Shown here: positions 34,931 to 49,006 of the stretch, piece by piece | Position numbering within the stretch: the first letter of the stretch is position 1 | Layout: each line of letters begins with the position of its first letter | Source: Callorhinchus milii | Taxonomy: Eukaryota | Direction of reading: 5' to 3' | Assembly: GCF_018977255.1 (NCBI RefSeq) | Contig: NW_024704743.1 | Span: 82,338,001-82,402,000 of the forward strand | DNA: 64,000 bases | Made by a program: the position numbers and the translations under genes | Notes under the pieces: model-generated | What the model saw: the letters and a program-made list of their open reading frames with translations, nothing else | What the model was told of the DNA's origin: nothing | The model's database searches: none

Positions 34931-35583
34931 AATTATTAGTAATTTTGGATTATTAAGGATTATTAGAAATTTTGACCAATTTTTACCTTTTTTTCAGTCA
35001 CAGTCTATGGTTAAAAACAATTTCTCTTCAATTTGATTTTTTAAAAAATGGATTGACAGACTTTTATTTGCGTCTTTAATTCTAAATTGCTCAATGTAAA
35101 ATTAAAGATAGAAAGTCACAGAGGGGCAGAAAATTAGAGACAGAATAAATGGCTCACAGAAAGCGGAAGAGAGGAGAATGAGCGAGAGGAAGAGTGAAAG
35201 AAAGGCTGGCACAGTATGGTACAATAAAGACAATATAACCTCATGGCGCTGTAGCCTATTTGTATTGTGCATTGATGTCCAATTATCTACACTATTTGTT
35301 TATCCACAATGGGATAAGTTTCAGGTAGTGTAGATAATTGACTACTGTATTGATGTTTGTTCAGAATGGAACACTGACCTGATGTCCTGTAATTTCGCCA
35401 TATTTTAGCACTGGAACAGTCCAGCACACAAGAAATTATCTAGCCAGTTGCATTCATTCACAGATATCATTCCCATTAACAACAAATCAAAACTGTAATG
35501 AGGCACGTTATAACAACCACTTTACAGTATATTCTGTGAAGTGCTTTGAGACTTCTAGGAGAAGTGAAACGCTATATCAAACG

Positions 35584-36119
35584 CAAGGATTATTATCATT
35601 ATTAATTACTCACTGGTTTCTTGGAAAATGTCTACACTAAAGTTTCCAGATTTTTTTATTCCAAGAATAAATGAAGCATGCAGTGGATAATATCCTAACC
35701 TCTGCTCTCACACATTGTATTAGATTTTCTTCTGTAGATCATTATTTTTCTGTGTTTCCTGTCTGCGACTTTGAGTGCATCAAGAAATTATAAAAACAAT
35801 GCTTCTGTTTCACTCCTCTTAGTGTTTTTACTTGTGCCATTGGGATTTTTTTTGTTTTAAGACTGGTGTCTTATTTATAATTTACTGCTCATTCTTGATG
35901 CCAACTCTCTCCAATTTTCTTTGATTTCCCTTAAGATAAAGTACATACTAATAAAATTAGATTTCACATGTTTTCTGAGTATTAAACACTTAGAAAACAA
36001 AGGTTAGGATATTATCCACTGCATGCTTCATTTATTCTTGGAATAAAAAAATCTGGAAACTTTAGTGTAGACATTTTCCAAGAAACCCAGTGAGTAATTA
36101 GTAATGATAATAATCCTTG
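35584..36119. repeat. inverted duplication, arms 35584-35701 and 36001-36119
   Basis: About 118-bp arms that differ by one substitution and one 1-nt indel. Confidence 0.92.
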
Positions 36120-37169
36120 TTTCACCCTACTTCAGAGAGTGAGTTTTTCTTTCTAGTCTTCTCTACTCTCTTTTTTCTTCTACTGCTTGATTCTTTCCTG
36201 CTGTTCTCTTTTTTTTATTCCTCTTTGTTATATTTTTCTTTAGTTCTCTGCCTTTATTTTCCTCCTCGTTTTCTTTAACCCACTGTCCTTCATAATTCCC
36301 CATGGTTATTATGTTCTCATGCTTGTCCAATGCTCTCCAATCCAGAAGATTTGTTTGTTACTGTACTGCCTCTGTATATGTCTGCTGACTCCTGCTGCCA
36401 CACAGCAAGAGTCACTGGGGGAATACCGTTGCAAGTTTGAGTTATTCAAGCCTCCTCGAATGTGAAATCAATTTTTCCTAAATGGGGAATTGATCTCTTC
36501 ATTGTGAAAGCAAAAAAAAGGATATTTACTAAGAGCAATATCAGACAGGAAACGGGCAAATTGAGCAGGAAAACAAGCAGCAAATTGAGGAACAACATAA
36601 GGAGACACATTGAATCATATTCCAGGTTTATTTTATTTTCTACATTTGATATGAAACCTTTTTTTAAAAAAAATTAGGAATCAACATTCTGAACCTCTGA
36701 GCTTGTGTCAGTCTTGGGTTCAATATCGTAATCGTTTTTCCTTGATTTAATGCAAATACAAGGTAAATAAGTATGAAATGCAAGGATTATTAATGCCCAC
36801 AACATAAATAAATAAACCTTACTAAGCTGATATAATCAAATCTATGTTGCTTTGGTAAATCAGGTAGTTACTGTCCTAATTTTTGGAAAAACTATGTATT
36901 GAAAAAAATCTGGAAAATTAATAATAAATTCCAAATAATGGATCAGAGCTGATTTTGTTTTCTCATTGCTCTTTTAGGGCAATTGTAACACTTTAATCTG
37001 CTGCAAAGTCTAGTGTATACAAAATATTGTTTTCCGGAATTGAACACTTGTTACATTTTGCCCACAAAATATACAGTCAATTCACTTTACAGTATATTCT
37101 GTGAAGCGCTTTGAGACGTCTCAACAATATAAGGTGCTATATCAAATGTAATTATTATTAATTTTGAAG

Positions 37170-37305
37170 GCTTACTGCTATGAAGCGTGAAATGAAAGTG
37201 AAGGAACTTCACCTCTTAGATGCATCACGCAGGCGCTTTCTGAAACATCAGCAGGATCATCGGAAATCTGAACTCAGGAGGCTTGATGATGAGATTGCCA
37301 GAAAG
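37170..37305 (+). CDS. TBC1D31: TBC1D31 exon 16
   Basis: LTAMKREMKVKELHLLDASRRRFLKHQQD...ELRRLDDEIARK. Confidence 0.92.
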
Positions 37306-38054
37306 GTCTGTGTAATTTTATTTGATTAATTTTATTTGCAACTATCGTAGTTTGTAGATAATATTTGCTGAACAAACATTCTATTGGAAGTATGATTTTT
37401 TNCCAGCCCCAACTCTGACAACAAGTAAGGAGAATGATATATTAGCCTATGTATAAAGTTCAAATAAGTTGCATTCTGCTTTTCTGTTCTTTCCTTCACT
37501 TTTGGGGCCTATTGCCTGCATTAGATTCACCCATGACTTGCCAAAGTTTTACAATTCTTGTGAAACTAGCAAAAAACTTTAGTAACTGTCTTAAGCAAAA
37601 ATAGAATAGGTTTCAGACTGCAACAGAAAAAGATCTTCAATCAATAAATAGTGCATTGGTTTTAAAACTCAATTTTGTGAACATGTTTCAAATCATGTCA
37701 GACCATCAGATGAAAAACTCCTTCTCCAATTGTTGCAAGTGAAAATGTTTTTTTGGTAGTCTTCTCCCAAGTGAGCACAAGCTGCCTATAATTTGTTTTG
37801 TGCTCAGATGATGACTTGTCTACCAAACAGCAAGGATGCCAATGGAGCTTGAGGAGCAATTATTCAGAGGTTGAGTGGAATACCTTTTTGTGATACAGTA
37901 GTCAGACCTTTACCCTATCAACAGACTCATGCTCTTAAATTAAGTCGGAAGTGTTCAATGTTAATGCATCATCAAATATTCCATCCCTAGGATTAATATT
38001 CCAAATCTTAATGAGCACAATACTACCAACAAAAATTGTACACAGGCTTTGTAT

Positions 38055-39480
38055 CATAGAATTATAGAGCATAGAAGGAGGCCCATCGTGTCTCTGCCAT
38101 ACTCTTTGAAAAGAGCTATCCAAATCAATCTCATTCCCCCGCTCTCTCCCCATAGCCCTGCAAACGTGTCCTCCCCAAATAATTATCTACTTCTCTTAAA
38201 AGTTGTTGTTGAATCAGCTTCACCACCCTTTCAGGCAATGCATTCCAGATCCGAACAACTCGCTGTGTGAAAACATTTCTCCTCACCTCCCCTCTGTTTC
38301 TTTTAACAACTATTTTAAATCGGTGTCCTCAGGTTATCGACTATCGCGCCAGTGAAAATAGTTTCTCCTTGTTCCCCCTATCGAATACCCTCATAATTTT
38401 GAAAACTTTTATTAAGTCTCCTCTTAACCTTCTCTGCTCCAAGGAGAATAATCCAGCTTCTCTAGCCTCTCCTCATAACTGAAGTCCCTCATTCCTGGTA
38501 AATCCTGGTACCATGCTGGTAAATCTCCTTTGCACCCTCTCCAATGCCTTGACATCCTTCCTAAAGAATGGTGCCAGAACTGAACGCAGTACTTATTTAA
38601 GGAAGGATGTGCTTGTCTTGGAGGGGGTGCAGCGTAGATTTACTAGGTTAGTACCAGGGATGAAGGGGATGAGTTTCGAGGATAGGCTGACCAATTTGGG
38701 CCTATATTCTCGAGAATATAGAAGAATTAGAGGGGATCTTATAGAAACCTATAATATCATCAAAGGGCATGATAGAGTAGATAGTGGGAGATTGTTTCCC
38801 CTGGTTGGAGAAACTAAAACCGGGGTCACAACCTTAAAATCAGAGGCCAGACCTTTGGCACTGAGTTGAGGAAGAAATTCTTCACTCAAAGGGTGGTGAA
38901 TGTATGGAACTCACTACCCCAAAGGGCTGTTGACGCTCAGTCCTTGAACATATTCAAGACTGAGATAGATAGATTTCTTATTGCAAAAGGGATTAAGGGA
39001 TATAGGGATAAGGCTGGGTCAGGTTATTAGCTGGAGTTAGATTAGAAGATCAGCCATGATTGAATGGCGGGGCAGGCTCGAGGGGCTGAATGGTCTACTC
39101 CTGCTCCTACATGTTATGTTATTCTAGCTGAGGTCTAACCAGTGTTTTATAAAGGTTCATCATAACTTCATGACTTTTGTATTCTATGTCCCTATTTATA
39201 AAGCCTAGTATCCCGTACATTTTTTTTAACAGCTTTATCTAGCTGTCCTGCCACCTTCAAAGATTTACTTATATGAACCCTCAGGTCTCTGTTCCTTCAC
39301 CCCCTTTAAGATTGTACCATCAGCTTATATTGCCTCTCCTTATTCTTCCTCCCAAAATGCATCACTTTGCATTTCTCCACATTAAACTTCATCTGCCACG
39401 TGTTTGCCCATTTTACCAGTCTGTCTATGACCCCTTGCAGTCTGCTACTATCCTCCTCACTGTTTACTACTTTTCCTAGC
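38055..39480. mobile_element. Minus-strand CR1 interrupted by a young plus-strand CR1 3' fragment (~38592-39120)
   Basis: YLRKDVLVLEGVQRRFTRLVPG...RGDLIETYNIIKGHDRVD (+). The flanks rejoin as a continuous minus-strand CR1. Confidence 0.85.
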
Positions 39481-40059
39481 TTAAATGTATGTATTAAACA
39501 ATCTGTAAATCAAAGTTGTACTTTGGAAAAGGATTTATTGCTTATCAGCAGAAAGGTAAAAAAATCAACAGCAAATGATATCTAGATTCCTAAATAGGAC
39601 AAATTGTGAAACTTACCTATTTATTTCTATTTGTGGTGTTGTGTAATATCTCATTCTTTCATTCCTTCAATGCAAATATACTATTGAGCAATGATAGCAA
39701 TTTTCAGCCTACAATAAGGTTTAGTGATTCTCCGTATAATAACTTCCCTCATTTTTGTTACGTTACATTCTCTCCCCTCCCACTCTGTGTGCCATATTGC
39801 CATGCATTATCTGTCTGTAGGAGACGGCAGATGTCCCAATCACAGTAAACTTTTTCTTGCATTCTCTGAGGGGAAGCATTTTGTCTGTTCGGTTCTCTGA
39901 GAGGTCATGGCTAAAAACGAAATCTCACCATGTGGGGAATCTCAGCTGTGAATCCCTTTCTAAACCTCTTTATACACCTTGCATTTTGTTTACCCACACG
40001 CTTGTCTTTTATTGAAGTATAGAAAGTTACTGGATTTTATGTACTGTATTTTGTTTAAG

Positions 40060-40152
40060 ATGTCTCTCCGGGACCAGGAAACGTCTGCCTTTGTTCAAGA
40101 CATTGAAGTGAGGAAAATGGAAATAGATACACAACGACAGATATTTGAACAA
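40060..40152 (+). CDS. TBC1D31: TBC1D31 exon 17
   Basis: MSLRDQETSAFVQDIEVRKMEIDTQRQIFEQ. Confidence 0.88.
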
Positions 40153-41059
40153 GTATGAATTAAATCAAATCTACTTTCTTGTATCTTGAACATAACAAAA
40201 GCAAAAGTTCAATAGTCATATAGATTTTAAATGTATTAGCATTTAGATGTTTTACTAATAGTGCTCAGCTGCACAGGCCATTAAGGTCAAAGGTTCAATA
40301 ACTGATCTAAGCTGAATCAGATGTTCTCAGATGGAGTGGCTACAGGGATCAATACAGTTGGTCTTAATCCCCCTAGATTAGGGATTTCTGCTGCTGAGTA
40401 TCCATGTGTGGATGTGGACATTAGGAGAAAATAGGATTAGGTCTGGTATGATACCCTCCACAGGTAATTAGTTTGTCAACACTTATTGCCTGGGATTACT
40501 GGTGGGTTGCTGGCAGCTGTAAAAACATTACCCCAATTGTGAGATGGCAACAATACGTGTTTGACTGTGTATGCACACAGCAGCCAGTTTGCTCCTTGCG
40601 TTGGTCCGTTCTTGCTAAAAGAAAAATGGCTAAGTTCTGGGTAATCGGGTCACTACCATTGTCACTTTGATTGCTGTACACACAAAAAACTGAAAGTGAT
40701 TTTGGTGGCCCGATGCTCCAGGCTTCAGATATTTTGTAGTGCAGCAATCTAAAATGGCTGACTTCTGAATCATTAGTCTGCCTTTGATATCACTTCTTGT
40801 TTTGCACGTGTGGCAAAGCTGATAGTGACATTGACGGTATCCTAATGACCTGTATGTTTTAATGCAAAAAAAAAAGTCAGCGAGTAGGAAGTGATCAATC
40901 AGACTGTGCATATGCAGAATAAAGTGAGTCTGAAGTATAACTGCAAATTAATACTATAGCAAGGGGCATTATGAAGGAGAGTTATTCTGGGTTCAGTAAT
41001 GCATATTCAAGATTTGCAAACTCCATTGATCTTGATGGAAAATATTGCTGTTTGTGTAG

Positions 41060-41200
41060 CAACTTGCCAAAGAGCAGGAATCTGTAACACAGAAGGTGAA
41101 AGGAGACCTGGAGACCCATCGTCTAAAAACAGATATTGAAGATCAAATGTTTACCAGGTTGTTGGAAAAGGAACAGCGTCCGGACTTTAACTCTTGTAAG
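41060..41200 (+). CDS. TBC1D31: TBC1D31 exon 18
   Basis: QLAKEQESVTQKVKGDLETHRLKTDIEDQMF...; AG/GTAAG ends. Confidence 0.88.
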
Positions 41201-41885
41201 GTAAGGGGAGAAAAGTTACCATAGTACAGTAAATTGAGATAGGATCCTGGCAGTCCTTTATTGATGAAGCAACTTTAGAAAATTGTGTACTTCAGAATGA
41301 TCATATTGGTTATCATTTCAAATAGGTTCATTTTGTCAACTTAAAATAAAACTAAACAACAATGAAGTAAGATGAGTTGGATAATTTCTGCTACTGCAAG
41401 GCAACATCAGAAGTAAATAGATGACTCAAATAAATACCTAAGGGCTCAAAGTTGTTGCAGAGGAGACTTTATAGAACATATTTGATATCCTAAATAGGAG
41501 AAAGTAAACCCAGAACAATATTCACAGATACACCAAGGGCAAGAGTGCAGATTTAGGAGATGCCAGAAAGTTGATATCTTTGCACAAAATGTAAGAGCAC
41601 TTTACTGTAAAATCATAGTTTGTTTACTGGCAACATACTGATTTTTAAAAACAAAAGCATTTACTGCAACAGCTTAGAAACTTACAGCATGGAAGAAGGC
41701 CATTCAATCCATCGTATCAAGCTTGAACAGGCTAGCAGGAGTATATCCAGAATAGAAGATCAAATTTTCTTTATTCAAGTGAAGCTGTAAACTGGCTCCA
41801 GAGTACAATAAAATCGCTTCTTCTGGATTCCAGGTCTGCTATGAGTATACTTTTACTGATGTGAATTTGACTTATTTATTTGAAG

Positions 41886-42080
41886 GAAATTGAAAAGGGC
41901 TTGGCTGAAGCAGACCAACTGTGTATTGATCTAGACTGGGAAACGAAGATGCTACAGAAGCAAAAGGCAGATGATTTAGATCAGGAAAAGCGGCAGTTGG
42001 AGTTATTACGTCTTGCCAATGAAAATAAGGACAGAGAAACCAGGCTTCTGAATGTGATGAAGGAAGTTAAAGGAAAGCAG
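41886..42080 (+). CDS. TBC1D31: TBC1D31 exon 19
   Basis: EIEKGLAEADQLCIDLDWETKMLQKQKADDL...KEVKGKQ. Confidence 0.9.
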
Positions 42081-44159
42081 GTAAGTAATACTGTATGCTG
42101 AGATGTTATAAAATAAATCTGTGTGAAATAGACTTTCTATTGATCAGTTTCAGCAAAATTAGTTAATTTGCCCATCCCCAAAATAAATTAAGAGCATAGA
42201 AATCCCTTCAATACAAATATGAGATGGTAATTAATGTGTAACCATATCAGACTTTTAAGGTATCGTAAAGTAACATAAATGAAAAAGGTTTATGCTGATT
42301 GTATATCTTTAAACGATATATATATCATTGTTTTCATCAATGATTTTTTTATTGTCAGTCAAGTACTGCTATCATGATGCAAGGTTCCTAAAAGTGACAA
42401 TGAGCCTGAAGAGAGATTTGTAATGTTCAGTTATTCCTATAGTTTTTAATGCAGTAAATTGCCTTAGATTTCGAAGCTATATGAGCCCCATTTATGTAGT
42501 TGAATAAAACCATATTTTACACATAAAGTCAAACTATTATCAGAAATGAATCAATGGTTTTTGAACAATAGTTTCAGGAAACAGCATTTGGTACCCCTCC
42601 TTTATTAAAGCATTTTTGACATGGAAGAATAAATCCAAAGATGCTGTGCCGTTCGCTGCTTTTCAGGATAACCTCACACTGGTCACACACCAGCCAGATT
42701 GTGATCAAGAAATTGTCAGCATTCTATCCTTAAACTGAAATGAACACTTTTCAAAAATACAACGGAGGAAATAAGTCTATAGAGATAACAGATGGAAATA
42801 ATGGAAACTGGGCAATTTATAACTGGAGACATTGGTTTCTTTGATCTTGGATTAAGAAGGCCATTCCACTACTTATGGGCAATATAATGGAAGATCAATT
42901 CTAAGAATTGCACTGTAAGAAGATTGTATGACTTTTACTCCCTTGTTAGAGTAAAATTGAATTGGGACATTGGAATTTTTTTATTATAGTTTAATTTTTA
43001 CCTTAAACGGGTACCACAGCAATTTCCTTTGCTAGTGTTTATGAGCTTTATTAGTTATTTCCAAATCTTGGTTCTAAAATAAACCAACAGCTATTGATTC
43101 CACAATCTCAACCTAATCTCAACTTCAATTTTACCATATTTCATGCCTATTTTTATTTGTGTGCCTGTGCACTGATCCACACAGAGTGTTAAAAGTCTAG
43201 AGATTGGTAAGGAGCAGGATCAAATTTAAGAAACCATTTGAGTTCCTGAAATGGCTGCTTCTGCACAAACATGTTTCATGCTTGAAAATGTATACATTCT
43301 TAGTATTTGACAAGATGAATAGTGCAAACACTGAGTTGTGAAATTAAGTTGTGCAAGGAAACCATCATACAAAGGTGTTACTGTTAATGCTTGACTAAAT
43401 GTAAACAATACTTCCACTGCACTAAGTAATAATTCTTGTATTTGATATAGCTCCTTATAATTTTGTCAAGAAATCTGAGTGATTCATACACTGTGATATT
43501 GTGCAACTGTATTTTGTGGGCGAACATGGCAACTAATTTGTGCACAGCAGTTTCTCACACTATCCATGGGATGAATGCCCAGTTTTATTTAGGAAAAATT
43601 CCCTTCTCCTTTCAAACAGTGCCACTTGATTTTAATGTCAATCTGAACAGGCGGAAAGGTCTTCAGTTTATCGCCTCATCAAATGGCTCTCAATTTAGCC
43701 AGGTTGATGCACTGAATATCAACATTGAATATTGTTTCGTAAGATTTAAATTGAATATCTGGGCACAGAGTACTAGGTCATGGTTTTACACTTGGTTTAC
43801 TCTACAAAGGAGATGCAATTTCAGACACATATTCTGATTGGAGGAAAGACACTTCCCTAAAGAAAGGGAATACTGAATAGTGATTTAACCTGTGTCTCGT
43901 ACCTCCTAGTGGCTAGTTTCAGATTTACATTGGCAGAGATGTGCAAACAGTATTGATTGGCAACAATTACTGCAATAAACACATTTTTTAAAAAATGTTG
44001 CTACCGGTGGCAACCATACAAATACTAATTTGAGGGGCAGACCAGTCACTATTGGCAGGGAATCTTATCGTCTGCTCCTGTTAATCTTGTAGCCAAAACA
44101 TAATGCTGAGAGAGGTCCTACCTGTACAAGCAATGAGAAGCTCATTCTTGCAGCCTGAT

Positions 44160-44865
44160 CTGTTAGATATCAAGTCCTGAATGAGAGCCAATTTCCTACA
44201 GTTGAATGTCGACAAGACCGAAGCTCTTCTGCTCGGCTACCATCAGCGCCTCCTAACCTCACGCGCTAACAGCATCACTGTACATTGATGCACTCTCCAC
44301 CTCACTGAGCTATTAGGGAACCATGGTGTCTTGTTCAACTCTCAACTGTACTTTAAAACCCACATGCGTGCCATTACCTATTCTGCTTTCCCTCACCTCC
44401 GCAACATTGTCCGCTTCCGCCACTATCTCTCCCCTCAGGCTGCTGAAACCCTCGTCCACGCTTTAATTATGTACAGGTTTGACTACTCTTAACTCCCTGC
44501 TTGCTGGACTTCCCAACTCTTCCCTCCACAAGCTGCAGATTATTCAGAACTGAGGGAAGGGGGTGGTAGTGGTAAGACAACCAAATGCGCGGTCGAAGAA
44601 GAAGGTCTTGAGATGGGTCTTGAAGGAGGCAAGGGAGGGGGCAAGGGGAAAGGACTCCAGGATGGAGTTCCAGCGGGTGGGCGCAGAAAGGCTAAAGGCT
44701 GAATCTCCAATTGTGGAGCGGGTAGGGCAGGAGACGGGGATATGGAGTAGGCCGGTACTGCTGAGCGAAGGGAGGGGATGGGTTGTTTGGGGTTTAGGAG
44801 GTCATAGAGGTAGGGTGTAGTAAGACCCTGGAAGGTTTTAAAGGTGAGGATGAGGATTTTAAACT
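44160..44865. mobile_element. L2 fragments: plus strand 44160-44550 and minus strand 44551-44865
   Basis: NFLQLNVDKTEALL...LHKLQIIQN on plus; FKILILTF...WNSI on minus. Confidence 0.75.
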
Positions 44866-44882
44866 AGTCACTATATCCAAGT

Positions 44883-45239
44883 GGCTACAACAACAACAAG
44901 ATTGCATTTATAGAGCGTCTTTCACGTCAGGAGGACGTCCAAGGCGCTGGACAGTTGGGTCGGGACCCGAGCAGGGGGGTAAATCAGGGTGAGGGAAGGG
45001 AGGGTGCGACGATGGGGTAGAGAGTCGAGAGGGGAGCTGAAGGCACGGTTGAAGAGATCACAAATGTAGACCACGAGTTATAGTAAACCAGACTCTGCGT
45101 ATCTGGAATTCAGACCAAGTTGGACCAGGCAGGAGAAAGCTTATTCGCTCGCTTCTGCTCTTGGGATTCAAACCGAGTCAAAGTGTGGGTAAGCCAGGGT
45201 TTATTGTAAACTCGTGCTGTACATTTGTGTAATGTAGCC
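44883..45239. mobile_element. PIF/Harbinger-like MITE with nested L2 tail (~44890-45057)
   Basis: AGT|GGCTACA..CACAAATGTAGACCACGAGTT ... AACTCGTGCTGTACATTTGTGTAATGTAGCC|AGT; 3-bp TSD. Confidence 0.65.
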
Positions 45240-45329
45240 AGTTGGATACAGTACCCCACTCCTAGCTTTATGGCTTTTTGAAACATAATTTAGAATGTAC
45301 TACTTGACTACTATTAAGATAATTAATGT

Positions 45330-45652
45330 GGAGTCCTGTAGCTCAGTGGTTAGAGCACGCGCTTTGCAAGTGAGAGACCTGAGTTCAATTCCAGGCAGAG
45401 GGCGAAACCTTGGGCAAGTTTCCTTACTCCACACGCCTAATAATAATCCCTCCAAAAAAAAAAAAACAATAATTAAATTGGTCATTTTCAATCTACGACT
45501 GTTTGTGGGACATTGCTGTGTGCAATTGGCTGCCGCGTTCGCCCACAAATATACAGTCAATTCACTTTACAGTGTGTTCTGTGAAGCGCTTTGGGACGTC
45601 CTCCCGACGTGAAAAGCGCTATATCAAATGCAAGGATTATTATTATTATTAT
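45330..45652 (+). mobile_element. tRNA/Deu SINE, full length
   Basis: Head, Deu core, L2 tail ending (tat)n. Confidence 0.9.
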
Positions 45653-48600
45653 AATTTATTAATTTAAACTTAACCTATTAACCATTCACAACAGTAAAAT
45701 ATAAAATGATTATGCAGTAGCAGAGTAGCCCAGGATACTGATATATAATCGGACAGCCATTCAATAGGCTCAAAGACGAGGCACCTCTCACTAACACTGA
45801 ACAACTGTTCAATTCAGTGAATAATAAAACACTCCTCTGTAGAATCCTCCTTATAATCCTCTGATTGTACCTCAGAATAATTGTCTTCTGGATTCAGAGC
45901 CTGACTTATGGTTTCTGTATCATTGCAACCTTTGTCAAACTCTTGAGACAGGCTGCTGAGGCACAGATTCCTGAGCACTTGGCTCACTCTGTAACATCAG
46001 CTATGATGAACTTTTCCATTCTATCACCTACAGAAAAGCTGTGCAGATTTGCACTGTTTCCTGACAGTAATAAAGCCCTATCAGATTTACCAGCTGACAA
46101 AGTTTGATTAAACTTCTGAGCATTTGCGCTGGTGTTGTTTATTTCAGTCCAGCCAGGTTTAACACTGTCCAGCTTGTGGACTTGCTTGGAATCCACTAAC
46201 AAGACAGCTCTAGCATTAATTATTCCCTGTTTCTGCTCACACCACACTACCTTGACACTCTGCACATCCATTTACAGCTGTCCAATTTTTTTTATTTGAT
46301 AATGACACTAGAGAGTAATTTTCACTTCTTCCATTTAAAAATCATCAACTTCACCTTATTAACATTAGGCATATAGGCTGACAGCATCGTAAAGGTGTTG
46401 CATTTGTGGCCAATTACTGTTGAGCTGGACAATTCCCGGCTGATCCATGTCGGCGTTTTTCTGGAGACTGACATTTTCATGAAATTGGCTACCTTCTCCT
46501 GATAGTCATATCACAGCTCTTGGCTTACTGCTTTTTCGGCATATCCATTCAGCTCATGCTTCTTTGAAACAGATTGTTTGATCGTTCATTTTGTTGCTGT
46601 TTGTGGAGGATTCCTGGCAAAAATTAGGTGCCTCATTTGCCTAAATAACAACTGCTGCACATAAAATAACACATTATTTGCAGTACTTTAATATGTTTTG
46701 ATATGTTAAGGCCCTATTTAAAAATGCATGTGTATTTAAATATTTGGGTCAGCCAGTGTTTGAATGCTGTGAGGTGTGTCTCTGTGGCATATTGTGTGGC
46801 TACAGTTGAATTCTGACAGTTTGGCTCCTCTTCCCACCACTCTTGTCATGGGCAGCTTTTCTAATTCACACCCTTTTGCAGTTATTAAGAGCCAAATTCG
46901 TAAACCTACTTGTGCAGTATTCTGCCAGTGTGAATTTAAATTATAGGGTGTGATTTAAATCTTCCAGCTGCACTTGAGTAAGGTATTGAAAGTGAACACC
47001 TAGAAAACATAGAATTAGAATTCTAGGATCATGCCCACTCCACTCATAAACCCACCGAAAGCTACTGAATAATGAACTTCACTCAACCCACTATATCTCC
47101 TGAGGGTAAGCTCTACTTGGAGACTAAAGCAACATTTATTGTATCCCAAGGTCTCTGTTATTCCAACATAGCCTCCTCCCTGAGCTGTGAAGAAATCATT
47201 GAATCCTCTGGAGCATTTGTTCCTCTCAGTCTGAAAGCTATACCAATGTACTCAACTAGTTATCTTTTGCATGAATAATTGTTCCAGTTTCAACTGCTTT
47301 CATTGGGAATCTGTTCCACATACCACTATGGGAGAGGGAGAGGAGGGATTTTTCTTATCTCTGCTCCTATTTGAGATTTTTTACATTTCATCTATGGTCT
47401 CCAGTTCTGCTGCCATGATTTAAATCAAATAGATCATGGTTCCAACTGTTCCTCCCATTTAAGACCTGAGTTATGCTTACAACTATTGTCTTTTTCCTGA
47501 GAACAAGCTTAGTTGTCCAGTTTTCAACTCACAAATTAGGCAAACAAGTTCAGAATCTTCGTTGATGCACTTATCCAAATCTACTCGAGTGAATCAATGT
47601 CCTCTTGAAGGTGCAGTACCTAAATCTGTACATAATATTGCAAAAGTAGCCTGCTCTTGATCTATACAAGGTTAGATTAGATTTAAGTGAATTTCCCTCA
47701 AGGTCTAATCTAATATTTGATTAGCTTTGTTGTTAGCAGTTTCATAAGTGATCAATACTTGAACTCAAATACATTTGCTTCCACATCTCTGCAAATAGAC
47801 GATCCTTTATATTGTACACCTGTTTACTGTTTCTAAAAAAAACAAGTAAATTGTTTCTATTAGAGAGGCTTGATTTACTATCTTAGTTATTCAAATAATT
47901 ACAGTAGATAATAATATCCTTGCATTTGATATAGCCTGACCTATTTTATTTAAATCTATGTATCATAATACATAAAGCATAATTTTTCTTTGAGGTGAAC
48001 ATTCATAGCGTCCCAGAAGATAATACTCTCAAGCATTTTCTCACCACAGAAGTTTGACGAACTGATCTTCACTTCCAGCCACATAGCTGTCTACTTTTTG
48101 AATAATGGGATAACATTTTCGATCCTCCCATTCTTGGGTGTTCATGGAGCTCTTAAAATGGTTATAATGATTTCTCACTACTTGACTTAAGCTGTTCCAA
48201 ATCCCACAGCTGTTGGTTGGGTAGCAGAGATCACAAAACTAAATTTCTAATGGCTTGCCCAAAAGGCTAAGGTGATTATATGTGCACAAGATTTTAATGC
48301 ATGCGTACAATGTAGGCAAGGAGAAGTCAATGTAAAAGCAGCAGAGCTTGGAATACTGCAGTGCGTCCTATTTGACACTACATTTCAAGTATCTGGGCCC
48401 ACAATATAAAAGCAGTATTACAAGTTTATCTCTTACCAATTTCAGTTTGTAAGAATGCTCTTGTAAATGTTGTTTGCAAGCATTTGTTCAATCATGTTAT
48501 TCCCATGGTGTATTTATCTTTTTTAAACTGTCAAGCAAGTTGCAGTGTCTTGTTTTTCATTATGTTTGTGGTGACAATGATTTTGAAGTACAGTATTCCT

Positions 48601-49006
48601 TAAGGAAATCATTAGCAGTTCAATGCTGATCCTATGGTCAGAGAACAAAATCCAGCATAACCTTGCATTGAATTGCCGAGCGTATCCAAGATTGAATTCC
48701 CTGTATTGACAAAAATAGTCAAGTTTCAATTAGCAACAATGAAGCCCTACCCTTTATCATATCAATCTTTACTCTATGATTTTAGTATTGGGCAATACAG
48801 TTGTACACAAACCTACATTTTAGAAAAACCTCTCAATAATAACTAAGAGTTAACATCATAGAATATATAATCCTGCAAATTAAGTTTGTTGGCTTCTAAA
48901 TTATTTTCAAATGTAGTAGGAGAAATCACTTTGTGCATTTATGTTTTGTAGTGTTGTTAGTAGCTGAGTTGCGATCTGTACATGTTTCATTTTGTTTCCT
49001 TATTAG

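Noticed and set aside
45865..46560. Coding-looking stretch in TBC1D31 intron 19
   Set aside because: No recognisable domain, stops in the frames I read, and it is not needed for the TBC1D31 reading frame.
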